This document shows, piece by piece, positions 38,694 through 49,540 of a stretch of DNA of 64,000 bases (the first letter of the stretch is position 1; every line of letters begins with the position of its first letter). The notes under the pieces were generated by a model. That model worked only from the letters and a program-made list of their open reading frames with translations. It made no database searches and was not told the DNA's origin. Origin of the DNA: a bacterium (GTDB taxonomy: Bacteria > Patescibacteriota > Minisyncoccia > UBA6257 > JAGOQP01); contig JAKAHY010000005.1 of the NCBI GenBank assembly GCA_021814695.1, forward strand, positions 1,364 through 65,363. The letters are read 5' to 3'. A program made the position numbers and the translations under genes.

Positions 38694-41600
38694 ATGTCTG
38701 AATTTGTTCATCTCCACAATCATAGCCACTACTCTCTACTGGATGGACTCGCAAAAATAGATGATTTTGTGGCACAAGCAAAAAATCTGGGGATGGAAGC
38801 GATCGCTCTTACCGATCACGGCAACTTATACGGCGCAATTGAGTTTTATAAAGAGGCAAAAAAACAGGGAATAAAACCGATTTTGGGAGTCGAGGCATAC
38901 CTGGCTCCAAAAAGCCGGCACATAAAGACCGCAACCGAAGCGGATAAATATTTTCATACAACTCTCCTGGCAAAAAATAATGTTGGTTGGCACAACCTGA
39001 TACAATTGATAACCAAAGCCAACCTTGAAGGATTCTATTACAAGCCGAGAATAGATAAGGAACTCTTGGAACAATATAAGGAAGGTCTGATAGTCTTATC
39101 CGGTTGTCCGTCGGGAGAAATTCCAAGAATGATCCTAAGAAATCAAATCGATGAAGCTTATAAAGCGGCGGATTATTATAAAGATCTTTTGGGAGAGGAT
39201 TTCTATATAGAGATATGGAATCAGCCCAAACTGAAAGATATCCATAAAGCAGTCCCCTATCTACTGGATATAGCAAAAGAAAAAAATATTCCCTTGGTAG
39301 CCACTCAAGACACTCATTATTTAAAAAAAGAAGATGCATTTTATCACGACGTTCTTCTGGCTGTACAAACAGGAAATAAAATAACCGATGATGACAGATT
39401 CTCGTTGAGAGCCGGAGAGTTCCATATGAGGTCAGTGGATGAAATGAAAAAGATATTCATCCAGCATCCCGAAGCAATATCCAATACGGTAAAAATCGCC
39501 GAAAAATGCAATGTTGAAATTCCTTTAGGAAAAACTCTGCTTCCTAAATTTCCGATTCCGGAAGGATTTACAAGCTTCTCTTTTCTAAAAAAGCTCATAG
39601 ACGAAAGAATCGCGGCCCGCTATCCGATTTTGGAGAATGAAATAAAAGACAGGTTGGACTACGAGCTTGGCGTTATAGAAAAAACAGGTTTTTCAGATTA
39701 CTTTCTTATAGTTCAGGATTTTGTTAATTGGGCCAAAGACCGCAAAATTGTCGTCGGCCCAGGAAGAGGATCGGCTGCCGGAAGCATAGTGTCTTACATT
39801 TTAAGAATAACCGAAATCGATCCCATTAAATACAACCTTCTTTTTGAACGTTTTTTGAATCCGGATCGTATCCAAATGCCGGATATAGATATAGATTTTA
39901 CCGACGTACGCAGAGATGAAGTTATGGGATATTTGCGGGAGAAATACGGCGAAAACAGCGTTGCCCACATTATAACCTTTGGAACAATGGCTTCCCGCGC
40001 AGCCATCAGAGACGCAGGTAGAGCTTTGGGCTTTTCTTACGGTTTTTGCGATGAAATAGCAAAGATGATTCCTTTTAATGCCGACTTGTCAGAAGCCCTG
40101 GAACAGGTACCTGAATTTAATAAACAGTATCAGGAAAATTCCGATGTTCATCGCCTAATTGATACCGCTCAACACTTGGAAGGGGTTGCCAGACACGCGT
40201 CGGTCCATGCTTGCGGAACGGTTATCGGAGCCAAGCCTCTTACCGAATATATGCCTCTGCAATATGCCCCTCAGGATCCGGATACAATCATCACTCAATT
40301 TGAGATGCACACCGTAGAAGATTTGGGCCTCCTTAAAATGGATTTGTTGGGATTGAAAAATCTGACCATTATAGAAAATACCATCCGCCTTATCCGGGAC
40401 ACACAGGGAGTAGAACTGGATATTTCCAAAATTCCTTTAGACGATGAAAAGACTTTCTCAATTTTGCAGGCAGCAGATACTACCGGAGTATTTCAGCTAG
40501 AATCCAGCGGAATGCGGAGATATCTTAAAGAGCTCAAACCCACAGAACTTGAAGATATAATCGCCATGGTAGCGCTTTATCGTCCGGGCCCAATGGAGCT
40601 TATTCCTCAATACATCGCGCGTAAACATAAAAGAGAACCCGTGACATATATTCATCCGTCACTTGAACCTATTTTGGGTAATACATACGGCATAGGAATT
40701 TACCAAGAGCAGATGATGCGCATAGCCAGAGACCTTGGAGGATTCACTCTCGCCGAAGCGGACACCTTAAGAAAGGCTATCGGAAAGAAAATAAAGGAGC
40801 TTTTGGATTTACAACAAGAGAGATTAGTGTCCGGAATGATTAAAAATGGAATAGATAAACCGATTGCTCTTCAGATTTGGGATCTTTTTCCTCCGTTTGC
40901 CAGATATGGGTTTAACAGAAGCCATGCCGTATGTTATGCGCTTATCGCTTACCAGACTGCTTATCTAAAAACCCATTTCCCTATCGAGTTGGTGACATCA
41001 CTTTTAAATAACGACTCCGGAGATGTTGAGCGTGTAGCTTTTTTGGTTTCGGAGTCAAAAAAAATGGGGATTCAGGTTTTACCCCCCGATATCAATCAGA
41101 GCTATTCCATATTTGCTCCGGAAGGAAACCACATTCGATTCGGTCTGTCGGCAATTAAAAATGTCGGCTCCAATATAGTTGAAGCGATTGTATCCGAAAG
41201 GCAGAAAAACGGACCGTTTAAATCGTTTACCGATGTTTTGGCCCGGGTTACCCACAAAGACCTCAATAAGAAGTCGTTAGAAAGCCTCGCAAAGGCCGGT
41301 GTTTTTGACAGCCTCGGCATCGAAAGAAATTCTATTCTCGCAAACCTGGATAAAATTCTGGTATTTTCACAGCAAATAAAGAGACAGTCGGCGACTTCCC
41401 AAAACGGCCTCTTTTCCGGATCGAGTGAGAATTTTTCAATTTCTTTAGCTAAAGCTCCTCCCACAAACGAAGACGAAAGACTGCGCTGGGAAAAAGAGCT
41501 GCTTGGATTTTATATATCCGACCATCCGCTAAAAAAATATCAGAAGTTTTTTCAGGAGAAAAAAGTCTCGCCCATAAAATCAGTGCTTAATAGAACCGCT

Positions 41601-41861
41601 ACATCCAGTCTGTCAGGAACATATCGCGTTGCCGGAATCGTCACGGCGGTCAAAAAAATAATGACCAAGACGAAGAAACCCATAGCATTTGCAAGAATTG
41701 AAGATTTGAGCGATACTCTAGAAATAGTGGTTTTCTCGGAAATTTTGGAAAGAAAACCAGAAGCCTGGGAGCCTCAAAATATAATTATCGTCCAGGGAAA
41801 ATTATCCCAGAGGGAAAATGAGCCGAAAATAATCGCCGATCAAGTCATAAAGATAAATTAA
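38694..41861 (+). CDS. dnaE: DNA polymerase III alpha subunit DnaE (start taken at MSEFVHLHNHS; the ORF is open from 38637)
   Basis: PHP domain HLHNHSHYSLLDG, polymerase core, C-terminal OB fold. Confidence 0.9.
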   Translation: MSEFVHLHNHSHYSLLDGLAKIDDFVAQAKNLGMEAIALTDHGNLYGAIEFYKEAKKQGIKPILGVEAYLAPKSRHIKTATEADKYFHTTLLAKNNVGWHNLIQLITKANLEGFYYKPRIDKELLEQYKEGLIVLSGCPSGEIPRMILRNQIDEAYKAADYYKDLLGEDFYIEIWNQPKLKDIHKAVPYLLDIAKEKNIPLVATQDTHYLKKEDAFYHDVLLAVQTGNKITDDDRFSLRAGEFHMRSVDEMKKIFIQHPEAISNTVKIAEKCNVEIPLGKTLLPKFPIPEGFTSFSFLKKLIDERIAARYPILENEIKDRLDYELGVIEKTGFSDYFLIVQDFVNWAKDRKIVVGPGRGSAAGSIVSYILRITEIDPIKYNLLFERFLNPDRIQMPDIDIDFTDVRRDEVMGYLREKYGENSVAHIITFGTMASRAAIRDAGRALGFSYGFCDEIAKMIPFNADLSEALEQVPEFNKQYQENSDVHRLIDTAQHLEGVARHASVHACGTVIGAKPLTEYMPLQYAPQDPDTIITQFEMHTVEDLGLLKMDLLGLKNLTIIENTIRLIRDTQGVELDISKIPLDDEKTFSILQAADTTGVFQLESSGMRRYLKELKPTELEDIIAMVALYRPGPMELIPQYIARKHKREPVTYIHPSLEPILGNTYGIGIYQEQMMRIARDLGGFTLAEADTLRKAIGKKIKELLDLQQERLVSGMIKNGIDKPIALQIWDLFPPFARYGFNRSHAVCYALIAYQTAYLKTHFPIELVTSLLNNDSGDVERVAFLVSESKKMGIQVLPPDINQSYSIFAPEGNHIRFGLSAIKNVGSNIVEAIVSERQKNGPFKSFTDVLARVTHKDLNKKSLESLAKAGVFDSLGIERNSILANLDKILVFSQQIKRQSATSQNGLFSGSSENFSISLAKAPPTNEDERLRWEKELLGFYISDHPLKKYQKFFQEKKVSPIKSVLNRTATSSLSGTYRVAGIVTAVKKIMTKTKKPIAFARIEDLSDTLEIVVFSEILERKPEAWEPQNIIIVQGKLSQRENEPKIIADQVIKIN

Positions 41862-41883
41862 CGCGATACGAATAAATGCGAAT

Positions 41884-43659
41884 ATGCCCAAGAAGAATAA
41901 CGAAAAGGAAAATCAAATACACAAAATAAGGCACTCGCTGTCTCATTTATTAGCTACTGCTGTTTTGGAAAAATGGCCGGATACAAAACTCGGAATTGGA
42001 CCCGTTATTGAAAACGGATTTTACTACGACTTTGATTTTAAAAAACCTATTGCCGATTCCGACCTCAGTGGACTTGAGGGAAGGATGAAAGATCTAATAA
42101 AAGAAAAAATCGATTTCAAGAAGAAACCGATTTCCCCCGCACAAGCGAAAAAAATGTTTGCCAAGGCAATCTATAAACTTCAGCTTGTAAATGAGTTGGT
42201 TAAATCCAAAAAACCTCTTTCTATATATGTGAGCGGTAAATTCACCGATCTTTGTTCCGGGCCTCATGTAAAAAATACATCGGAAATTGATTTCCGGGCT
42301 TTTAAACTGACCTCTATCGCCGGTGCTTATTGGAAAGGAAGCGAAAAAAACAAGATGCTTACCCGCATCTATGGCGTGGCATTTTCTACAAAACAAGAAC
42401 TGGAGGCGTACCTAAAAAACCAGGAAGAGGCGGAAAAAAGAGACCATCGTAAATTGGGAAAAGAGCTCAAGATATTCACTTTCAACGACTATGTCGGACC
42501 GGGACTACCCCTATGGTTGCCCAACGGCGCGGCTATGATAGAAGAGCTGGAAAAACTAGCCAAAGAAAAAGAATGGAAAGCGGGATATTCAAGGGTTAAA
42601 ACACCGCATATTGCCAAAGAAATAATGTACAAAACATCAGGACATCTGCCTTACTATGCAGACTCAATGTATCCTCCGATGATATTGGACGAAAACGGAC
42701 AGAAGGTAACATATTACCTGAAAGCAATGAATTGCCCTCATCATCACCAGATTTATGCATCCGAACCCAGAAGTTACCGAGATTTACCCGTCCGCTTAGC
42801 CGAATATGGAACCTGCTACCGGTACGAAAAAAGTGGAGAACTTTTTGGTTTAATGAGGGTTCGCTCAATGCAAATGAATGATGCCCATATTTATTGCACG
42901 GAAGACCAGTTTTCCGATGAATTTGTGGCTGTTATAAAAATGTACCTTGAATATTTCAAGATTTTCGATATCAAAAGATATGTTATGCGATTCAGCACTC
43001 ACAGCAAGGAGGGGCTGGGAAAGAAATACATAAATAACGAGAAACTTTGGATAAAAACGGAAAAAATGGTTCGTGATGTTTTGAAGAAAGAAAAAATTGA
43101 ATTTGTAGAAGTCCCCGATGAAGCCGCATTCTACGGACCAAAGATTGATGTTGAAGTTTGGAGCGCTATCGGAAGAGAATTTACGCTGGCAACAAACCAG
43201 GTTGACTTTGCCGTTCCCGAAAGATTTGGCCTTAAATTCACAAATGAAAAAGGCAGGGAAGAAACTCCACTTTGTATTCACAGAGCCCCTCTTTCAACTC
43301 ACGAAAGATTGATAGGATTTTTAATAGAACATTACGCCGGAGCTTTTCCCACTTGGTTATCCCCGATTCAGTCAACTATTTTGCCGATTTCAGAAAAACA
43401 TATGGATTATGCCAAAGAGGTAAAGTCAAAACTTATGGATTCCGGAATCCGGGTTGAAATATCAGAAGCCAACGAAACTCTGGGGAAAAGAATTAGAGAG
43501 GCTGAGATGAAAAAGATTCCCTACATTCTGGTTGTCGGCGATCAAGAAAAACAATCAAACTCTGTCAGCGTCAGAAGCCGCCAAAACAAACAGATGGGAG
43601 AAATGAGTTTTGACCAATTTCTGGAACAGATTAAAAAAGAAATAGCCGAAAGAAAATAA
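41884..43659 (+). CDS. thrS: Threonyl-tRNA synthetase (shortened N-terminus, 591 aa)
   Basis: Class II aaRS catalytic core and C-terminal anticodon-binding domain. Confidence 0.9.
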   Translation: MPKKNNEKENQIHKIRHSLSHLLATAVLEKWPDTKLGIGPVIENGFYYDFDFKKPIADSDLSGLEGRMKDLIKEKIDFKKKPISPAQAKKMFAKAIYKLQLVNELVKSKKPLSIYVSGKFTDLCSGPHVKNTSEIDFRAFKLTSIAGAYWKGSEKNKMLTRIYGVAFSTKQELEAYLKNQEEAEKRDHRKLGKELKIFTFNDYVGPGLPLWLPNGAAMIEELEKLAKEKEWKAGYSRVKTPHIAKEIMYKTSGHLPYYADSMYPPMILDENGQKVTYYLKAMNCPHHHQIYASEPRSYRDLPVRLAEYGTCYRYEKSGELFGLMRVRSMQMNDAHIYCTEDQFSDEFVAVIKMYLEYFKIFDIKRYVMRFSTHSKEGLGKKYINNEKLWIKTEKMVRDVLKKEKIEFVEVPDEAAFYGPKIDVEVWSAIGREFTLATNQVDFAVPERFGLKFTNEKGREETPLCIHRAPLSTHERLIGFLIEHYAGAFPTWLSPIQSTILPISEKHMDYAKEVKSKLMDSGIRVEISEANETLGKRIREAEMKKIPYILVVGDQEKQSNSVSVRSRQNKQMGEMSFDQFLEQIKKEIAERK

Positions 43660-43685
43660 TCTCCTCCCGAAAGGGAGGTTTTAGG

Positions 43686-44615
43686 ATGCAGAATCAAAAA
43701 ATTATAGCAGTCGTAGGACCGACCGCGTCTGGAAAATCCGATTTGGCGGTAAATATTGCGTTATTCATAAAAAAGAACGCCAAGAGGTTGGGCGTTAACG
43801 GTGCTGAAATAATTTCGGCCGATTCTCGTCAGATTTACAAATGGCTGGACATAGGCTCAAACAAAATAACCGCAAAAGAAATGCGGGGCATTCCCCATTA
43901 TTTGTTAAGCATCGCCAGTCCCAAAATAAATTTTTCCGCGGCCCGATACCAAAGGCTTGCGGTAAAAGCCATAAAAAATATTACAAAGAACAATAAAATC
44001 CCTATTATATGCGGAGGAACGGGGCTTTATATAGATTCGGTAATATATGGAATTAAATTTCCAGAAACAAAACCGGACTTAAAACTTCGTAAAAAATTGG
44101 AAAGAATGGAAACCAAAAAACTGTTTGAACTTCTTCAAAAAAAAGACAAAAACAGATCGCTTTCAATAGACCCTCATAACAGAAGACGACTCATCCGGGC
44201 ATTGGAAATAAATTTTTCTACGGGAAGGCCGGTTTCTGCTCTGAAGAAAGAACTGCAGTTTAACGCGCTTTGGCTGGGATTATCCGCAGACAAAAATATT
44301 TTAAAAGGAAAACTCGCCATCAGACTCGATAAGCGCCTAAAAAAAGGAATTGTTCCGGAAGTAAATAATCTTCATAAAAAACACGGCTTGTCCTGGAAAC
44401 GCCTGGAATCATTCGGTCTCGAATATAAGTTCGTAGCTCAATTTCTTCAGAATAAAATATCAAAAGAAGAAATGAAGGAAAAAATAATAAACGAAAGCGC
44501 TAAATACGCCAAGCGCCAGATAACGTGGTTTAAAAGAAACTCCCAAATCCATTGGATTGAAGGCAAACAAAAAGCCCTCGATCTTGTCGAGAGCTTTTTG
44601 CGGGTTTCTTATTAA
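43686..44615 (+). CDS. miaA: tRNA dimethylallyltransferase MiaA
   Basis: P-loop VVGPTASGKSDLA plus DSRQIYK motif. Confidence 0.85.
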   Translation: MQNQKIIAVVGPTASGKSDLAVNIALFIKKNAKRLGVNGAEIISADSRQIYKWLDIGSNKITAKEMRGIPHYLLSIASPKINFSAARYQRLAVKAIKNITKNNKIPIICGGTGLYIDSVIYGIKFPETKPDLKLRKKLERMETKKLFELLQKKDKNRSLSIDPHNRRRLIRALEINFSTGRPVSALKKELQFNALWLGLSADKNILKGKLAIRLDKRLKKGIVPEVNNLHKKHGLSWKRLESFGLEYKFVAQFLQNKISKEEMKEKIINESAKYAKRQITWFKRNSQIHWIEGKQKALDLVESFLRVSY

Positions 44616-45100
44616 AGACCAACCTGATCCTTAAACTGGCCCCAGTAATTTTTTTCTATCATCTTTCTTGCCAACTCTTTTCCTTTATCACCTTGAGTTT
44701 TTGCAAGAACGCTTTCCGTTTCTTTACCAACCTCAAGCCCCAAATATGCGGCGATATCTTCCGATTTTGCCATGCTGTAGGAATGGCCCATGAGCCATCC
44801 GTTTAGAGTGCCCTTCATTGTCTCTATCTGTACTTTTAAGGCGTCGTCCACAACAATCTTATCCAGATTATTAACACACGCATCCGCGAATAAACGTGCA
44901 ATTTGCTCAACGGACATTTTCAATAATCCGTTTTCTTTATTGAAATCCGCGACTTTCTCACTAAATGAAGGCTCTTCAAACCCTGCCGGCTGATAAGTAA
45001 CCGATTCCTCCTTTATTACTTCTCCTTCCGGAGTTTTTTCTTCCGGAACTACCTCTAATTCCTTTCCTTTATCCTGTACAAATTTATTTTCAGACATCAT
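44612..45100 (-). CDS. Hypothetical acidic protein
   Basis: 162-aa ORF. Confidence 0.35.
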   Translation of the reverse strand: MMSENKFVQDKGKELEVVPEEKTPEGEVIKEESVTYQPAGFEEPSFSEKVADFNKENGLLKMSVEQIARLFADACVNNLDKIVVDDALKVQIETMKGTLNGWLMGHSYSMAKSEDIAAYLGLEVGKETESVLAKTQGDKGKELARKMIEKNYWGQFKDQVGL

Positions 45101-45123
45101 ATTAATTTTAATTGTAATAATTG

Positions 45124-45513
45124 TTATTCGTTATTCGACTTTTGTTCAGAAAGCATATATTCGCGCCCTAAAGTATTCTTAGCGATATATTGCCATGCCT
45201 TTTGGGTTCTTGTTACCTTTTCAATAACATCCTGGCCCAAGCCCCCAAGGTTGAGGCGCTCTATTTCTTTTTGCACGCCCCGATTAATTTCCTCAAAAAC
45301 ATCGTCCCAGTTGAGCGCGCTGTTTCTTTTGATTATTTCCTCAAAGGCCCCGACAGCTTCAGCCATTCCCTGCTCATTGATTCCTTTCCCGGGCATACTG
45401 ACTACTTTTCGAATTTCACGCATGGCCGTATCAACAACCGCCCTCATGCGATCTTCCGTTTCCATAGACTGATTGTTTTTTTCCTTGCGTATTGGCATTT
45501 TTTCTATGTTCAT
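45124..45513 (-). CDS. Hypothetical protein
   Basis: 129-aa ORF. Confidence 0.35.
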   Translation of the reverse strand: MNIEKMPIRKEKNNQSMETEDRMRAVVDTAMREIRKVVSMPGKGINEQGMAEAVGAFEEIIKRNSALNWDDVFEEINRGVQKEIERLNLGGLGQDVIEKVTRTQKAWQYIAKNTLGREYMLSEQKSNNE

Positions 45514-45515
45514 AA

Positions 45516-46955
45516 TTATGATAATAGTTTTTTAAGCAATTGTCTCGCAACCTCCGGATTTGCTTTTCCTCTGGTTTTTGCCATTACTTGGCCGACGAGA
45601 AACTGCATTGCATTTTCTTTTCCTTGCTTGTAATCATAACACACTTTACTATTATTGTCAATTATGTCCTGAATTATACTCTCCAACCCGCTTTCGTCGG
45701 AAATTTGGCCCAGTCCCTCGCTATTAATTATATCTTCGGGCACCTGGCCGGTTTCAAAAGATTTAGCCAATACATCTTTGGCAACCCGACTGGATATTTT
45801 GTTTTCAGACAAAAATGCAACTGTTGTTCCCATGCTTAGTGGAACAAGCTTTGACTCCGAAAGAGCTATCCCTTTTTCTGCCTCTATGCCCTTAATATCC
45901 GATACCAGATAATTATACACCATCTCAGGATTACCGTCGGGAATAATTGATTTTAATTCCGAAACAGACTCCTCAAAAAAATCGCTCAAGAATTGGTCGC
46001 GGACCAGAATTTCTACTTGGGTTTTTGAAAGATTATATTCGGCTGATATTCTTTCCCTTTTTTGAGACGGCAATTCGGATATTTCTGATTTTATCTTATT
46101 TATGTAATCGTCATCAAAAGTCATCGGGGGTAAATCGGGCTCAGGAAAATACCGGTAGTCGTGAGCCTCTTCTTTTGATCGCTGGGATATGGTTTTTTGT
46201 TTTGCCTCATCCCAACCCCGAGTTTCCTGAATAATTTTTTCTCCTTTTTCGAGCGCCTTCTGTTGCCTCTCAATTTCGTAAGCTATGGATCCGGAAACCG
46301 CCCTAAAAGAATTGAGGTTTTTTACTTCAACTTTTGTGCCTAATTTTTCGGAATCCTGTTGAGCAATGGATATATTGGCTTCAATTCTCAGTTGGCCCTT
46401 TTCCATATCAGCCATCGAAACCTTAAGCGTTCGGATAATGAGTTGAAATTCCTGGGCAAATTCAACAACATCCTCGGCATTATCAAAATCAGGCTCGGTC
46501 ACAAGTTCCATAAGAGGAACTCCGGCACGGTTAAAATCGACAAGGCTATGTTTACCATCGGCGGCATGGGCCAATCTGCCGGTATCCTCCTCAAGATGTA
46601 TTCTGGTAATCCTTATTTTTTTACCGTTTGACGGCAAGATAAGATAGCCATTAAGACAAAGCGGCTGGTCGTATTGGCTGATTTGGTAGGCCTTGGGAAG
46701 ATCGGGGTAAAAATAATTCTTCCTGTCGAACTTGGAGATTTTGTTTATTTCGCAGTTTAAAGCCAGTCCGGTTTTAATAACCATATCCACCGCTCCTTTG
46801 TTCATTTTTGGAAGAGTCCCCGGATGACCCAGACAGATAGGACAAACATTAACATTGGGTTTTATTTGTTCGGGGTCATTGTCGCAGTCGCAAAACATTT
46901 TGGTTTGCGTTGCCAATTCAGAGTGAATCTCTAATCCAATTGTCGGTTTATACAT
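45516..46955 (-). CDS. gatB: Asp/Glu-tRNA amidotransferase subunit B
   Basis: IGLEIHSEL...FCDC...NVCPICLGHPGTLP N-terminus plus YqeY-like C-terminal domain. Confidence 0.9.
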   Translation of the reverse strand: MYKPTIGLEIHSELATQTKMFCDCDNDPEQIKPNVNVCPICLGHPGTLPKMNKGAVDMVIKTGLALNCEINKISKFDRKNYFYPDLPKAYQISQYDQPLCLNGYLILPSNGKKIRITRIHLEEDTGRLAHAADGKHSLVDFNRAGVPLMELVTEPDFDNAEDVVEFAQEFQLIIRTLKVSMADMEKGQLRIEANISIAQQDSEKLGTKVEVKNLNSFRAVSGSIAYEIERQQKALEKGEKIIQETRGWDEAKQKTISQRSKEEAHDYRYFPEPDLPPMTFDDDYINKIKSEISELPSQKRERISAEYNLSKTQVEILVRDQFLSDFFEESVSELKSIIPDGNPEMVYNYLVSDIKGIEAEKGIALSESKLVPLSMGTTVAFLSENKISSRVAKDVLAKSFETGQVPEDIINSEGLGQISDESGLESIIQDIIDNNSKVCYDYKQGKENAMQFLVGQVMAKTRGKANPEVARQLLKKLLS

Positions 46956-46965
46956 AAATAAAAAA

Positions 46966-47610
46966 TTACAAATATTCTTTAAGCCTGTCTTTAACTATTT
47001 CGAAAACCTGTTCAGGAGAACCGCTGGCATCAACCACTTCGAATCCATCAAAATGAGCGCCGATAGAAAGATAGTTTTCTCTTACAGCCCTTAATTTATT
47101 CAAGCTTTCAAATATGGTCTTTCCATTGTTCCTCTTTTCTATCCTGGATAAGGCTACGTCGGGCTCCAAATCAAAGAAAATGGTCTTGGCGGGCATTACC
47201 ATTTCATCCCCTATTAATTCTTTGTGGTGATTCCAAAGAGTCTTCCAATGTAATGAGCCGTCCAAGCTTCCATATGCCAGATTCGAAAGAAAAAATCTGT
47301 CACAAAAAACCATTTGCCCTTTTTTGAGAGCAGGGCTGATTACTTTTTCAATATGTTCTTTTCTGTCCAGAATAAACAGCAGCTGCAACTGTTCGGCGGG
47401 AACATTTTTTATGCGCCCTCCGACTATATCCTCTATCTTTTCTGACCAAAATCCTTTTCGCGTATGTTCAAATGTAAAAATAACATCTTTGCGTTTTTTG
47501 GATTCAAAATGTCCTTTAAGCAGTTCTATTTGAGCCCCCTTACCCGAACCGTCTATACCCTCAAAAACAATGAAGTTTTTATTTATTTTTTCACTTAATA
47601 AACCGGCCAT
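46966..47610 (-). CDS. tmk: Thymidylate kinase
   Basis: P-loop FEGIDGSGKGAQ. Confidence 0.85.
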   Translation of the reverse strand: MAGLLSEKINKNFIVFEGIDGSGKGAQIELLKGHFESKKRKDVIFTFEHTRKGFWSEKIEDIVGGRIKNVPAEQLQLLFILDRKEHIEKVISPALKKGQMVFCDRFFLSNLAYGSLDGSLHWKTLWNHHKELIGDEMVMPAKTIFFDLEPDVALSRIEKRNNGKTIFESLNKLRAVRENYLSIGAHFDGFEVVDASGSPEQVFEIVKDRLKEYL

Positions 47611-47711
47611 ATTCCAAATTGTATAAGATTGAGCGATAAATATAAAGCCCCCGCTTTACAGCACTTTGATGCAGTGATATAACATAGCCAGCTACTTTAA
47701 AGGAGGCCCTA

Positions 47712-47939
47712 ATGGCCGGCGGAATTCCGGGACCGATTTTGTACGGATTTTTTGTCGCGCTTTATGTACTCGCTGATATAACGTGCATCAGGTTCATTGA
47801 AGACGGTTTGTGGCGCCACTTGGCGGAAAACGCTTTCATTAAGTTTCTGCTTTACGCCTTTGCTCCAATATTTTTTGTTTTCTATCTTCTAACGGTTGCA
47901 GTTCGACTCTTACGCGCAAATGTCTTCGGAGACAAGTAA
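47712..47939 (+). CDS. Small membrane protein (hypothetical)
   Basis: RBS aaaggagg; two TM helices. Confidence 0.3.
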   Translation: MAGGIPGPILYGFFVALYVLADITCIRFIEDGLWRHLAENAFIKFLLYAFAPIFFVFYLLTVAVRLLRANVFGDK

Positions 47940-48202
47940 TGAGCTTGGTATTCTTCGCTAAACTGGCAATTACAGCAATTATCTGGCTAGTTTTTGGAGC
48001 GGCCCTAACCAAAGGAGTTTGCGCCGCCCTTAAAACCGAGCATGTTTTTAAAAATTGGCCATGGTGGAAGAAATTTGCAACGATATCGGCAGCACCACTG
48101 GCGGCCGCGCTCTACTTATTTATTACGCTGCTATTTGGTGTTTTCCCAAATCTTCCCGAAAAACTTGGACGTCTGTTGTACCGCTTCAAACACCCCGATT
48201 GA
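47939..48202 (+). CDS. Small membrane protein (hypothetical)
   Basis: 87 aa, two TM helices; translationally coupled to the previous ORF. Confidence 0.3.
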   Translation: MSLVFFAKLAITAIIWLVFGAALTKGVCAALKTEHVFKNWPWWKKFATISAAPLAAALYLFITLLFGVFPNLPEKLGRLLYRFKHPD

Positions 48203-48220
48203 TTGTCGGGGATTTTTTAT
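48191..48220 (+). terminator. Terminator after the small membrane-protein pair
   Basis: Hairpin ccccgattgattgtcgggg followed by ttttttat. Confidence 0.5.
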
Positions 48221-48278
48221 ACCATAAAAAAACAGCTCACCTCACATGAACTGTCCTTTTATAAATTTTGATTCGGTC

Positions 48279-48704
48279 TTATTTTTCTACTTCAATTCCC
48301 ATGGAGCGGGCGGTTCCTTCAATGATTTTCATTGCCGCATTGATATCCCGCGCATTCAGATCTTTCATCTTCTTTTCGGCTATTTCTTTAACCTGAGCTT
48401 TGGTTACTTTTCCAACCTTAGTCCTCAGAGGATCTCCGGCGCCCTTGGCGGCTCCGGCGGCTTTTTTGAGCAAATCCGATGCCGGCGGGGTTTTTAAGAT
48501 AAACTCAAATGACCTGTCTTCATAAATAGTAATAACTGCGGGGACAACGCTTCCGGCCATATCCTTGGTTGCATCATTAAATTGCTGGCAGAACTGGCCC
48601 AAGTTTATTCCATGAGGTCCCAAAGCTGTACCAACCGGAGGTGCCGGAGTAGCTTTACCGGCTTCTAATTGCAGTTTAATTGTTGTTTTTATTGCTTTTG
48701 CCAT
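48279..48704 (-). CDS. rplK: 50S ribosomal protein L11
   Basis: L11 family [13 protein letters not shown] motif. Confidence 0.9.
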   Translation of the reverse strand: MAKAIKTTIKLQLEAGKATPAPPVGTALGPHGINLGQFCQQFNDATKDMAGSVVPAVITIYEDRSFEFILKTPPASDLLKKAAGAAKGAGDPLRTKVGKVTKAQVKEIAEKKMKDLNARDINAAMKIIEGTARSMGIEVEK

Positions 48705-48748
48705 TGTTAGTGAATAGTAATTGGTAAATAGTAATTAGTCAAAAAGGA

Positions 48749-49348
48749 TTATATTTTTTGAACCTGAAGAGAATCTATTTCAACCGTTGTCTCTCTTCCG
48801 AAAACAGGAACAGTCACTTTTATGCGGCCGTGTTCTTCATCAACTTCCGTTATTTTTCCCTCATATTCCTTGAACGGACCGTCAATAATCTTTACCAAAT
48901 CCCCAACCGAGTAGTCAACAGTAAATTTCGCTTCTTTCTCCTTTTCCATTCTGGACATCAGATATTCTATTTCGTCTCTTGAGAGCGGGGTGGGTTTTGT
49001 AGAATCCGGACCGACAAATCCCATTACACGCGGAGTATTTCTGACAACATACCACGAGTCTTCGGTCATAATCATATCAACCAAAACATATCCGGGATAA
49101 ATTTTTTCTTCGATGGTCTTTCGTTTTCCGTTTTTTATTTTTATTTTCTGATCTTTGGGAACAACGACGTCAAATATCTTATCGGTCATACCAAGAGATT
49201 CAACGCGCTGTTTTAAATAGCGCGCTACCGCATCTTCGTAGCCAGAATAAGTGTGGACTGCATACCAACGACGAGTATCCTTGTCCGCATCTGAAATTTG
49301 CAGACCTGATTTTTTTTCTTCTTTTTTTTGCTGATTGCTTTCCGACAT
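48749..49348 (-). CDS. nusG: Transcription termination/antitermination factor NusG
   Basis: NGN domain WYAVHTYSGYE and KOW motif GDLVKIIDGPFKEYEGKI. Confidence 0.9.
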   Translation of the reverse strand: MSESNQQKKEEKKSGLQISDADKDTRRWYAVHTYSGYEDAVARYLKQRVESLGMTDKIFDVVVPKDQKIKIKNGKRKTIEEKIYPGYVLVDMIMTEDSWYVVRNTPRVMGFVGPDSTKPTPLSRDEIEYLMSRMEKEKEAKFTVDYSVGDLVKIIDGPFKEYEGKITEVDEEHGRIKVTVPVFGRETTVEIDSLQVQKI

Positions 49349-49354
49349 AATGAT

Positions 49355-49540
49355 TTATAACAATAATTGACTGAGCAGGTATGAAAACAACATATCTAAA
49401 AATCCAAGAAATATGGCGATTGCCAAAGAAAAACCGACTACAACAAGTGTCAAATTTATAGTCTCGTTTTTGGTCGGCCAATTAACCTTCCTTAATTCGT
49501 TATATGACTCTTTAAAATAATTTTTGATTCTGGCTATCAT
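49355..49540 (-). CDS. secE: Preprotein translocase subunit SecE
   Basis: 61 aa; ELRKVNWPTKNE followed by a single TM. Confidence 0.75.
   Translation of the reverse strand: MIARIKNYFKESYNELRKVNWPTKNETINLTLVVVGFSLAIAIFLGFLDMLFSYLLSQLLL

Noticed and set aside
48705-48748. Shared TTAGTGAATAGT / taattagt motif upstream of rplK and near rpmF (37490-37510)
   Set aside because: Orientation relative to the downstream gene differs between the two sites and the sequence is low-complexity AT-rich; likely chance similarity rather than a shared regulatory element.
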